Source of the DNA: Octopus sinensis
Lineage: Eukaryota
Length of the DNA: 64,000 nt
Reading direction: 5' to 3'
NCBI RefSeq assembly: GCF_006345805.1
Contig: NC_043000.1
Coordinates: 45,508,001 to 45,572,000, forward strand
The position numbers and the translations under genes were made by a program. Below the pieces are notes generated by a model. That model had not been told where the DNA came from, searched no databases, and worked only from the letters and a program-made list of their open reading frames with translations. Numbering within the stretch: position 1 is the stretch's first letter; every line of letters begins with the position of its first letter. Below are positions 24,991 to 37,165 of this stretch, piece by piece.

Positions 24991-26544
24991 CATATTCTTT
25001 TAGATAATTATACACTTGTAATATATGTATTTGTTTACATCGTTTCTATGCTATGTCCTTTGGTCTTCAATAGTTTACTGGTTTCACAAACATGACATCA
25101 ATGAAATATTAGACTAAAAGAAACATATGACCCATAGGCTGGATCTGGCCAGCAGCAATTCTTAGGCTGGACCTTTGCAATTATATAAAAAAATTATTTT
25201 AAAAATATTTTTATTTAATAAAATATCTCATGCATTAACTAAGTGAAAAATCAACTAATGTTTTGATTATCATTACTTTCAATCAGTCAAACCTGTGCAA
25301 CTTAAGGAATTTTTTGCTATCTCCACCAATAAAAAAGAAGCTTATGAATCAAGTATTGAGCCTAACAGAGGCTATTTTGTTTTAAATTAATATTGATATT
25401 CATTGAAATTAATTGTAGTTTTATGAACTGTATTGAAAGATTTTGCTGTTGAAACAGTGCAAGCTTTCTATCAAGTTTTGGTCTTCTCACGAAGTGTATA
25501 CTATCATTTTGATCATTTCTGCATCCAACTTTACTCTAAAGACACTTGCTTAATAAAACCATACATATATAAATATATGCATATAGGGATACCCACACAG
25601 GTATATATATATATATGCACATACACATATTTATATATGATATATGAAGCTCTTACACACATGTACATATGTATGTATGTATGTATATATGTGTGTATGT
25701 ATGTATGTATGTGTGTGTGTATCTGCATGTGTGTGTGTGTCTGTGTGTGATTGAATTTTTCTCACACAAAACGTTTCATGTTCTTTCTTTTCTTTATTAA
25801 TAACAATATTATAGGTTTACCCCTTTATACATTTACTATAGCCTACATTATGAACACACATTTTAGGAATAATTGTCCTTGTTCAATCAACAAAACAAAG
25901 TTTGTGCTTCAATCCAGTCCATGAGATTTAGTTTATGCTTAAACCAGCTTATAAAGACAGATGAGTTTGATGCCTCTTCACTAAATCAAAATACATACTA
26001 TGGTCAATAAAATTCCTCAAAAACATTACCAAAGCATGAATGTAGTCCAATAACTGAAGCCAGTAAAAGAATGAGAACAAAGTGGGTGAATGTAAATTTA
26101 TTCTATTAAAATTTTACAATGAATTACTGAGCGATATGTGAATGTTATTTTTCATAGTGACCATTATAGGTTGATCTAGACTTGCTGCTATGGATGTATT
26201 TCAAAATAAAACATGTAACTAAATATGTGTTGTATGAAGACTACTAATTAATCACTAAGAGTCATGACTGATGAATGCATAACAGAGACAAGAGACTTGC
26301 AGAAATTTGCCATCATATGAAGCTCATATACTCATATCTACTTGTAAAAAACTGGGATGCAAGCTAATGGCAAGCAGCGAACTGATAAAAAAGGGACTAA
26401 TGAATGTTTTATATAGATTTGACTAAAATAGGGTTATTCTAAGAAAAAGTGACTAAGAATTGAATTATAATCATAGTTAAGGGATATAGATTAGAAGGAT
26501 TGTTAAAGCATTGGGTTAAATTCTTTGTAGTATTTATTGTGGCT

Positions 26545-27075
26545 TTTTACATTAATCATCTGGAAACTGTTCAGCGGGATGCAACCAAGAGAATACCCTC
26601 CATCAGGCATTTGCCATATTCTGAATACCTTACTTCCCTGGGCATAGATACATTGAAACTCCGACATCTGGCAGCTGACTTGGCAGACACCCATAAAATT
26701 ATTAACCATCTTACTAACAATAAGTTTGAGCACTTTTTCAAACTCCACCTGTCTAACACCCAAGGACATGTTTACAAAGTCAGAAAACAGCGCAGCTCCC
26801 ATGACTTTCAGAAACATTTTTTCACGCTAAGAGTTGCTGAAGCATGGAGCAAACTGCCGGCATCAGTTGTTAGTTGTCGGAGCACTGCATCCTTCAAAAT
26901 ATCCATGCTTCTTGAGATTCGCCAACACTACACCTGATTTTCTCCCCTCCATACACATGCAAGCATGTATCTGACTCATACACTGTTCACTTCCCAGACA
27001 TTTGTACATTACTGCATATGCTTTATACTCACTTTTGACAAATTGTGGTGCACCTGAGCACTGTATACAATAATT

Positions 27076-27113
<38 letters not shown>

Positions 27114-27155
27114 ATTATTATTATTATTATTATTATTATCATTATTATTATTATC
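26545..27155 (+). mobile_element. CR1-clade LINE 3' fragment with (ATT)n tail
   Basis: LETVQRDATKRIPSIRHLPYSEYLTSLGIDTLKLRHLAADLADTHKII...TQGHVYKVRKQRSSHDFQKHFFTLRVAEAWSKLPASVVSCRSTASFK matches the CR1 ORF2 C-terminus (LExVQRRATK..RGH..FFxxRV..WNxLP); stop at 26937. Confidence 0.9.
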
Positions 27156-28339
27156 TGTCCTATTCCCACTGAGACTACCTTTGCTTTTCATTCTTCCAAC
27201 ATTGATAGAATAACATACCAGTCAAGTACTGGTGTCAATGTAATTAACTTAAGCCCCTCAACACAAATCTGTGGCCTTGTGCCTATGTTAGAAACAATCA
27301 TTGTAATTATTATCATCCTCATTATTTTCAATTTGTTTGTTTTCCATTATCTGATTGGAGTTAGTTGAAATCTAAGCAGTCAAATCCAACCCTATTATTT
27401 CAGCAGCTGGTCATAACCAGCACAGCAGACTACTGGAGTAGAAGACTTACTAAACATAATTTAATACTGAATGCTTTAGCTTTCAACTCAAATCCCATTA
27501 CTAAGGTCAAGTGTGCTTTTCCTAGATAACTTTCATTACACTGCTCTTAATAAGATAGAGTGTTAATTCAACAAGCTTTGATTTAATTTCTTCTACCACA
27601 GTTGGTATTGGACTTAGTTAAAATTAATTATTCATACCTTCTTAAAGATGGTATCTGCTGCAATAACAGTACTGAGAAAACGCTCTACAATAGTTAGTTT
27701 CAGTTTGTCTATATTTTCAGTTCAAATCTTGCCAGGGAAAATTGTATTTCATTGTACTGTGGTTGAGAAATTAAATACTAGTCATAAACTAATAAGATTT
27801 TTTGTTCCATTAACTATACTAACTTTCTTACAAATGTACTACTTTTGACCTGCTGTGTGAGAAATAATTATTTAGATTAGTTAATTTATCCTAAACTTAC
27901 TAGTAATTAAGTTTTAATTTATTGTGAGCTTTCCCAACGTAAGCTACAGGAGATCCTGTTTTTAATGTGGTTTTGATTTCTGATTGTGTCATTTCATTTT
28001 ACTCACTCCTATGAAAACAAAATGGACATTTTTCTTTTGTCCATATGAACAAAGGAAAAATGTAATAATGTCTCACAAATAACCACCTGCCTTTACAGAA
28101 AAAAATCTTCATGTCCAGAGAATGAAACTGAAGAAAGGTTACAATTAATAGTATTATTTGTAAAATACACAGAAAAAAACATTTTAATCAAAATTCACAG
28201 AAATTTTGAGTACTTCAATACTTATTTACCTGTTCCAGAATTCTTCAAGAAATGGTTTTCAGAAGAGAAAAGAAAACAAGAAAACTATTTTATGCCTTAT
28301 ACTTAACAAAGGAAATACAGAGTAGGTTCTTTTAAACAC

Positions 28340-28720
28340 AAATATAAGAGAGTGACCACTATATGGTCGACTCTTGCACTAAAAATAGATCCGCTATGGT
28401 ATTAACCACTAAAAAATTGTTTCCAGGAAGAATCAGCACAACATTTAACGTAAACGAGCAGGGCAAATGAAAAATAACAAAAATGTAGATTAACTCTAGA
28501 CAATTGTTTCGCTATTAATGTATTATGCAATTTTACTTACATAACATATCCATAGGTCATCAGTAGAATTTGTCTTGAATACAATTTATTAAACCGCACG
28601 CTAAATTTTAACAACGTCAAACACACGTGTGGTTTAATCAATTATACTTTCAGTTATGATTCAAATTCTCTCGCTAAAGCACGCTAAGACTTCCGGAAAC
28701 AAATACTTCATAAAAAATTT
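28340..28720. promoter_or_regulatory. Putative promoter / first-exon region
   Basis: About 12 CpGs in otherwise CpG-depleted DNA; ETS motif CCGGAAGT (minus, 28689-28696); E-box CACGTG at 28624-28629; minus-strand donor GTAAGT at 28535-28540. Confidence 0.35.
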
Positions 28721-30025
28721 ACTGCAGTATAATTAAAATCAAAAATAAGGGTGAAAAAATTGAATATTAATTTAATAATACCATCAATTTAACACCGAGT
28801 GGCTTAGTGCATAAAAACCAGGGATACAATAAAAATTTATACACAAATATAAGAGAGTGACCACTAGGTTCTTTTATATATTTTTGTATGTTTAATATGT
28901 TTTCAGTATTTCTGTACATTTAATATATTTTTAAAACTGAATGTAAACATGTGAGCATAAGAACAGCTGACTATTTTAAATGTTATACACTTGAATTCTG
29001 GTCAACAAATAAAAAAAAACGTGTAGTTATGAACTTGTGTAAATAAACAGTTTTATTGTTTAAATTCTATATTATTTTTTAATGTTTAACACATTTCAGC
29101 AGTTTAGAGAGTAACCTATGATTTTATTATATTAAATTTGCCAGAGTGATTGTTTCGTCAAATTCTGGTGAAAATTATTACTTAGGGTAAAACTACATAT
29201 AAATTTTGGCATCGGCATGAACTAATTTATATGTATATGATTTGTAATTTGCACACACATGCATGTGTGTGTGTGTGTGTTTGTATGTGTGTGTAAACAT
29301 TTAAGTGTGAACAAGAGGAAGGAAAGAGAATATGCAATACTAAGTATAGAATTATATATTATATCTTGCTAGCACTGAAACCTCACAAATCTATGAACAA
29401 TTATGAAAAATGGAACAAACTATTGCCAAAGGTTTTGTAAATTTAATGTCTTTACATTTTCTCAGTGATAACAGACATAAGATTTTTAGCAGCAATTCAA
29501 TCAAAATTAACTATTCTCGCAGTAAAACTTTTTCCTTTCTCAATTAACCATTTCAGTTCAAAAAATCTTTCCAACATCAATAATACTATCTCTGTTCCTA
29601 CTTGTAATTTTATTTCCCACAATAATTGTCCTCTCAACAGTAATTGCCTTTTGAAAAATTTGTTTGTTTTTCTATCGTGCTACTAATCTGCAGAAGTATG
29701 TGTTTCAATTATATATATTGGATTAGCTAAAGGGAAACCCAATATGCATGTTTCCAGTGTATCCATTTATTGATGTATCTGGGAAAGCATTTTTGAGATA
29801 TTTCACTGAATACATTTGGTTTCAAAAGAATAGTTTTATTGTGATAAAAGTACTTTAACCAATCAGGTATCTCAAAAAGGTGACAATAGAATTGACCACA
29901 AAACAGTGCAGAATTTCCAGGTAGGAAAGCTTCCTTTTTTCTCCTTAGAATCAAGCATATCTGATTATTGAACAAGCAAGAAATCTATCTGATTGCTTGA
30001 CCAGTCAGAAATAGTAACTATATAG

Positions 30026-30812
30026 TAAGGCAGTGAGCTGGCAGAAACGTTAGCACGCTGGACAAAATGCTTAGCGGTATTTCGTCTGTCGTTACGTTCT
30101 GAGTTCAAATTCTGCCAAGGTCGACTTTGCCTTTCATCCTTTCAAGATCAATTAAATAAGTACCTGTTACGCAATGGGGTCGATATGATTGACTTAATCC
30201 GTTTGTCTGTCCTTGTTTGTCTTCTCTGTGTTTATTCCCTTGTGGGTAGTAAAGAAATAGGTATTTCGTCTGCTGTTACGTTCTGAGTTCAAATTCCGCC
30301 GAGGTCGACTTTGCCTTTCATCCTTTTGGGGTCGATTAAATAAGTACCAGTTACGCACTGGGGTCGATATAATTGACTTAATCCCTTTGTCTGTCCTTGT
30401 TTGTCCTCTCTGTGTTTATCCCCTTGTGGGTAGTAAAGAAATAGGTATTTCGTCTGCTGTTACGTTCTGAGTTCAAATTCCGCCGAGGTCGACTTTGCCT
30501 TTCATCCTTTTGGGGTCGATTAAATAAGTACCAGTTACACACTGGGGTCGATATAATTGACTTAATCCCTTTGTCTGTCCTTGTTTGTCCTCTCTGTGTT
30601 TATCCCCTTGTGGGTAGTAAAGAAATAGGTATTTCGTCTGCTGTTACGTTCTGAGTTCAAATTCCGCCGAGGTTGACTTTGCCTTTCATCCTTTCGGGGT
30701 CGATAAATTATGTTCCAGTTATGCACTGGGGTCGATATAATTGACTAAATCCGTTTGTCTGTCCTTGTTTGTCCCCTCTATGTTTAGCCCCTTGTGGGCA
30801 ATAAAGAAATAA
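30026..30812 (+). mobile_element. SINE family B multimer: one head plus four 184 bp tandem units
   Basis: Units start at 30077, 30261, 30445 and 30629; flanked by the direct repeat agaaatagtaacta (30007-30020 and 30812-30825). Confidence 0.92.
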
Positions 30813-31063
30813 GAAATAGTAACTAGATCACCATGAAATTTCAAGTCATACTCTAAAATATTAAAATAAAGGATTACATTGGACAGTATTGTCTGAGATA
30901 CATTATCTCTTAAAATAAGATGTGATGGTACCAACTGGAATGCTTTTAACAATAGGTTTCCTCATTCAGGAATTGATCTTGGGTTAAACAACAAAACTAT
31001 ATTTTGTTTATAATACCAATGTGTTTCTTTGAAATACACAGTACTGTTAATTTCAGATTCAAT

Positions 31064-31485
31064 AGGTGCAGGAGTGGCTGTATGGTAAGTAGCTTGCTAA
31101 CAAACCACATGGTTCCGGGTTCAGTCCCACTGCGTGGTATCTTGGGCAAGTGTCTTCTGCTATAGCCTCGGGCCGACCAATGCCTTGTGAGTGGATTTGG
31201 TAGACGGAAACTGAAAGAAGCCTGTCGTATATATGTATATATATATATATATGCATGTGTGTTTGTGTGTCTGTGTTTGTCCCCCTCGTATTGCTTGACA
31301 ACCAATGCTGGTGTGTTTACGTCCCCGTCACTTAGCAGTTCGGCAAAAAGAGACCAATAGAATAAGTACTGGGCTTACAAAGAATAAGTCCCGGGGTCAA
31401 TTTGTTCGACTAAAGGCGGTGCTCCAGCATGGCCGCAGTCAAATGACTGAAACAAGTAAAAGATAAAAGATAAAGATAAAAAGAA
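31064..31485 (+). mobile_element. SINE family A, full length
   Basis: Complete head, core and tail. Confidence 0.92.
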
Positions 31486-33330
31486 TATAGTCCGTTGCTG
31501 CATTGTATTACTGCTGCCGTGTAGTTTTGTCTGTTGGTGCTGAATTTTTTTCAGCTAGTATTTAGTATTGTCTAGCCAGAAGAGAGATCATGATAATGGC
31601 ATAACCGAACGTTATGTAGCAAGTTTTGTATAATATTTTAAAAAAGAATAATTAGAAATTGAAAAATAAAACACCAGACATTTAATTTATTTTATTTTAT
31701 TTTATTTTATTTTATTTTATTTTTTCAATTGGCTTTTGAAGGGATCCAAGAATAACTCAAGATATTGCTTCCTCTAATATAAAATGAAGTCATTTCAAGA
31801 AAATTCTCAGCAAATGCAATTTCTATGTGTTATGTGCATTAGGGAAGAGTTTAACCTGTAGCATAACCACCCAAAAAGCTGTTTCATTTCTGATTTCAAT
31901 GTGTTTTTTATATTGATTTCTTTTCTATTTAGTTTTCAAATGATCAATAATGAAGAAAAATACCTTAATGGTAATGATGCAGATGCTTGTTGTGATGCTA
32001 CTGGTGGTGGTAGTGATGGTGGGTCTTTTATTTTTGTCTCCTTACATTCTTTTTCCTGAGCTAGATTATTGATTTGGCTTTGTTTTGACAGAATTCCTCT
32101 TTTAAAACTAATTGCATTTGAACATTTCTATTCAAAAAATAATAATAAAAAATAATAATAAAAATATTACTGACTATGAGAATAACATCCATGAAGTGAA
32201 CTTGGAATTATGGAAATTTATTCTTAGCCATCTGAATTCAGTGTGATTGTAATGGTACAGGTTGAATACGAAAGCATTAAAAACACATTTTAAGTAATTA
32301 AATTCACTTATTTTAGGGTTGGAATTGTTACAAAAATAAATATAATCAACAAAAATGAACAACATAATTATAAATAAACAATTTATTCAAATGACGATAG
32401 AACAAAAATATGATTTAGCACAAGCTGATGATATCAGTATAAATTCTGAGTATAATCTTAGACCATACATAGCAGTTTCAGTAATAGCATTATTATCCTC
32501 TACTTTGTCCTGACTAGACAATATTACTGAGAAACAACATTACCCTAGAATTACCTGGAGAATTTTATATTATGACAAACAATCTAGCTGAAATAACAAA
32601 AATCTCATTTCAACATTACTATGTTAATTCAAAAAGACATATTTGGCACTGTAATATATTTGATTGCACAGGGATGTATTAAATTTCGTTGACAAATGAA
32701 ATAGCGCAATGACAGATTTCCTTTTTAAAAATTAATTGCAAACATACTTGTGTAATTAAAATGTAGTTTGGGGTTCAGTGCCACTGAATAGCACCTGGGG
32801 TATATGGCTTCCACTATAGTCCTAGGCTGACCGAAGCCTTGGGTATGGATTTTGTTGACAGGAAATGAAAAAAGCTTGTTGTTACCCTCATCTGTGTGTA
32901 CGTTTGTGTGAGTGTGTATGTGTGTGTATGCACTTGTGTGTCTTTGTTTATATTTGTAGTTTTACAAGACCTGCTAGGCATCAATTGGAGGGTGCTGCTC
33001 TCATTTCCCCAGTTAACAAATTGTATACTAGCTTTGCACCATCAAAAACATGCAAAATAAGAGATCCGTTGCATGAAAAACAATTCCCCTGTAACAGGAA
33101 GGGCATCTATCTGTGGCTGTTAATCAATACCTCAGTAATATATTCTTCTAACACACTCTAGCATAAAAGCATATGAAAATGAATGAACATCAGAGTTACT
33201 TCTATTTTTGTCTTTATTATTCAGCTGAAAGTATGTAGGTCAATGACAGAGTCTGTAGTGTTGCAGATGAAATACCTCTTCTAATTAGGTTTGTATTAGT
33301 TATTAATTATGTCTTTTTTTGTGTGAACAA

Positions 33331-33645
33331 GTGTGGCTTAGTGGTTAGGGCATTCGACCCACAATTGTACGGTCGCGAGTTCGATTCCTGGCGACGCATT
33401 GTGTCCTTGAACAAGACACTTTACTTCACGTTGCTCCAGTCCACTCAGCTGGCAAAAATGAGTTGTATCTGTATTTCAAACGACCGGCCTTGTCACACAC
33501 TGTGTCATGCTGAGTCTCCCTGAGAACTACATTAGGGGTATGCGTGTCTGTGGATTGCTCAGTTACCTACATGTTTATTTCATGAGCAGGCTGTTCTGTT
33601 GATCTATCAGCTGGCACCCTCGTTGTCATAACCGACAGAGTGCTC
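33331..33645 (+). mobile_element. tRNA-derived SINE, family C (long form)
   Basis: Head gtgtggcttagtggttagggcattcg...gagttcgattcc; core gttgtgtccttgaacaagacactttac..cactcagctggcaaaaatgagt. Confidence 0.85.
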
Positions 33646-34049
33646 TTAGTTATGTCCTTTTACACTCTGAGCTGTAATCCCAGTTTATTTTATCCATCAG
33701 CATATAGGGGAGTGATATAATAATAACAAAGGAAATGCTGAGGTAAATTAAATCAATTTTTATGAGTTTCTGGCTTTGCATTCAAGTCATTATTATTATT
33801 GGTTTGTTTTTCAAGCAAATCAAAGTTGTGAACCAGCAGAATTGTTAGCACACCTGGTAAAATAGTTAGAAGCATTTCTTCCCACTTTACATTCAAATCC
33901 CACCAAGATCGACTTCACCTTCCATGATTTTGGGGATGATAAAATAAGTGCCAGCTGTGCATTGAAGTCGATGTGATCAACTAGCTCCCTTCTTCAAAAC
34001 TTCAGGCTTTGGGCTTCACAAAAGCAAAGTAGCTGAGTTCCTTCGAGTG

Positions 34050-34323
34050 TTGATATCAGAACATAAAGATACTAAGCAAAAGCATAAGGTATTTTGTCTG
34101 GCGATCTAATGATTCTGCTAATCCACTTCAACAAATAATAATAACAATAATTCTTTCAACTATACAGATACAACATCATCATCATTATTTAACGTCCGTT
34201 GTCCGTGCTGGTATGAGTTGGACAGTCTGACCAGGGTTGAAGGTGGTGAGCTGGCAGAAATGTTCGTACGCCGAGCGAAATGCTTAGCGGTATTTTGTCT
34301 GCTGCTATGTTCTGAGTTCAAAT
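34050..34323. repeat. Left arm of a perfect 274 bp inverted duplication
   Basis: Identical to the reverse complement of 34920-35193 (checked base by base). Confidence 0.95.
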
Positions 34324-34364
34324 ATGTCTGCTGCTATGTTCTGAGTTCTGATATCAGAGACAAT

Positions 34365-34585
34365 GACCAAGACCTTTGGCATTATGTTGTGCTTAAGGAA
34401 AAAACCCCCATCAAGCCGAGCAAAATCACAGTCATGGCAGATACTGGTGTCACACAAATGGTACATAAAACACCCATTACACTCTTGGAGTGGCTGGCAT
34501 TAGGAAGGGCATCCAGCCATAGAAAACCATGCCAAATCAGACTGGAATCTGGTGCAGCCTTCCAGCTAACCAGCCCCAGTCAAAC
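34365..34585 (+). mobile_element. RTE-type LINE 3' end (family D)
   Basis: DQDLWHYVVLKEK resembles RTE ORF2 terminal DRxxWR motif, followed by the family D tail. Confidence 0.65.
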
Positions 34586-35003
34586 TTATTTCTTTACTAC
34601 CCACAAGGGGCCACACACAGAGGGGACAAACAAGGACAGACAAACGGATTAAGTTGATTACATCGACCCCAGTGTGTAACTGGTACTTAATTTATCGACT
34701 ACATAAGGATGAAAGGCAAAGTCGACCTTGGCAGAATTTGAACTCAGAATGTAGCAGCAGACGAAATACCTATTTCTTTACTACCCACAGGGGGCTAAAC
34801 ACAGAGTGAACAAACAAGGACAGACAAACGAATTAAGTCAATTACATCGAACTCATTGCGTAACTGGTACTTATTTAATCGACCCTGAAAGGATGAAAGG
34901 CAAAGTCGACCTCAGCAGAATTTGAACTCAGAACATAGCAGCAGACAAAATACCGCTAAGCATTTCGCTCGGCGTACGAACATTTCTGCCAGCTCACCAC
35001 CTT
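34586..35003 (-). mobile_element. SINE family B dimer
   Basis: Head at about 35003 plus two units joined at the same aaagaaatag|gtatttcg junction (34770/34769). Confidence 0.88.
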
Positions 35004-35193
35004 CAACCCTGGTCAGACTGTCCAACTCATACCAGCACGGACAACGGACGTTAAATAATGATGATGATGTTGTATCTGTATAGTTGAAAGAATTATTGTT
35101 ATTATTATTTGTTGAAGTGGATTAGCAGAATCATTAGATCGCCAGACAAAATACCTTATGCTTTTGCTTAGTATCTTTATGTTCTGATATCAA
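34920..35193. repeat. Right arm of the 274 bp inverted duplication
   Basis: See 34050-34323. Confidence 0.95.
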
Positions 35194-35525
35194 ATTCTAC
35201 CAAGGTCAACTTCGTAATTCATTCCTCTAGGCTTCATATAATAATGAACCTTGTAAAGTACTGAGGTTGATGTAATTTAGTTAGTCCTCCCATTAATTCT
35301 ACTGGCTTTACAACTAAATTAGAAACAGCCTTTAACCATTTTTTCCCGCTAACAGGTTTTTAACTCATTATATTATAGTATATTGTTTATAACTTCATAC
35401 ACCCCAAAACTGAAGCTGGAATGATTAATTTCACATTTTCTCAATTCTTCTGCATTTCATAGTGTAAACAGATTCACTTTCTTGCTTGTTATAATAAATC
35501 TTCTTATCAGAATGGAGAGAAGCTG

Positions 35526-35558
<33 letters not shown>

Positions 35559-36259
35559 TTTCCTTCTTTCTTCAAATTTTCTTCCATTTCTCACCGAGTG
35601 TTTTCCATACACCTAGGGCAGAGAAGCTCATTGTATGCATTCCCAGTTTACACATGCAAATTCACATGTAAAATATGTATTTAAAAAAAAATTAATAAAT
35701 AAATAAATTCCTGAATGGATGTTGTTTTCACAGTGATAATGCTCTTCTCTGTACATGAGTCGTTCCAGTAAACATGATTCTTTGCAATTCCTGCAGGTAA
35801 GCCTGGTATCATTTTCAAATAGGTTTCAGTACCTTTTTTTATCATTCCTAGAGATCCTACAATCACTGGTAGTCACCTTGAGATGCCATGTTTTTACAAT
35901 TTTTATTAGCAAGTCTTTATATTTACTAATCTTGTCTAATTCTTTCAACGCTATATTGTGATCGCAAGGAATACTCATGTCTATTAAAAAACACATCTTT
36001 TTGTCTGATGTTTTATAATAACATCCGGTTAATTAGCTTTAATAGTTTTGTCGGTATGTACGGGGAAGTCTCAGAGAATTGACACATTTTCTCCCCCAGT
36101 CACAGCTTCAGGATGGTGTTTATACCATTTGTCAGCACTTTTGATTTTATAATGCCGACATATTGTCCAGTGTAAAAACTGGCCGACGCTGACATGTCTT
36201 GCTTTATATTCTACAGGTGCTATGACTCTACACCCTGAGATTAGGTGGTCTATAGTTTC

Positions 36260-36310
<51 letters not shown>

Positions 36311-36970
36311 GATTATGATTATTATTATTATTATTATTGATATTATTCAACTTTGATATTGATTAGCCCAGGTTACTTGGCTAATCAGTTATCAAAGGTG
36401 GTGTAGAGTAAATTGATAATATTTAGCTGCTATTTCTAGTAAGTTGCATGAGCACTCATAAACTCCTTCATTGACTCAAAAAACAGTAGATCGATGTTAT
36501 TGGTAGATTGCCAAACTAAATAGTTTGCTTTATTTAGCTTATTTAGTATAGATCACACCTTACTCTTATTGACTTTCCTATTCAGCTGTCCAGGGTCAAT
36601 AAAAAGATAAACCAGTCAATTACAGGCTTTGTACTTTGTATTTAGTATAAAAATTCTTTTATAAAAGAGAAATATCCATATTTTTGCATGGCCATCTCAG
36701 ACGAATCTTACACGTTGTTGCTAGTGTTGGTTCTTAGCCCCAATTCACCCCTGATTGTGCAAAAGTTTTCTAGGCATCATCTGCTTAAATTTTTCATGCA
36801 CATATCTGATGTAGTCAGGCTACTTTTTGAAACACTAGGACATGATTTGGGGGAGATTTGATTGCTATTTCTAACGACATTATAATGCTAGTCTCCCAAT
36901 GCAATCGCTTTCAGAATGTAATTTTATACAACAAATTTTTTGAGAAAATGTTAATGATTAATATTTTGCT

Positions 36971-37165
36971 TTGGATTTGGTTTGCAAGATTTTTTTATAT
37001 GAGTTCGTGTGTTGAACCATATTCTGTTGTGTCTGGTGAGAGTCATTTTCTTTTTGTGCCTTATAATGTAACACACTCACCGGTGAAATTTCCACTTATT
37101 TCTTATTTTTATTTTCCTAAAATTTTCGGTGTGCCTTGCAACCTTTTCAATAGTCTTGACTCTGT
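36971..37165 (+). mobile_element. Interspersed repeat, same family as 5141-5433
   Basis: ggatttggtttgcaagatt...caccggtgaaatttccacttatttc...ttttcaatagtcttga shared. Confidence 0.8.

Noticed and set aside
26500-26937. 145 aa ORF as a host gene
   Set aside because: It is the C-terminus of CR1 ORF2 with a non-homologous chance start.
29440-29990. LRR-like snippets (ITDIRFLAAIQSKLTIL; LKGNPIC) and an 82 aa minus-strand ORF
   Set aside because: Every frame on both strands has stops within the block and no consistent splice sites rescue it.
30026-30812. Regular repeat array resembling CRISPR
   Set aside because: Units are 184 bp SINE segments without unique spacers, there are no cas genes, and the context is eukaryotic.
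34218-34652. 144 aa ORF
   Set aside because: It is a chimera of SINE B, RTE tail and the inverted-duplication arm.
35734-35796. Plus-strand exon candidate with strong sites (MSRSSKHDSLQFLQ|gtaagc)
   Set aside because: It could only be a start-codon exon. I found no convincing downstream partner exon, so it is unsupported without RNA data.
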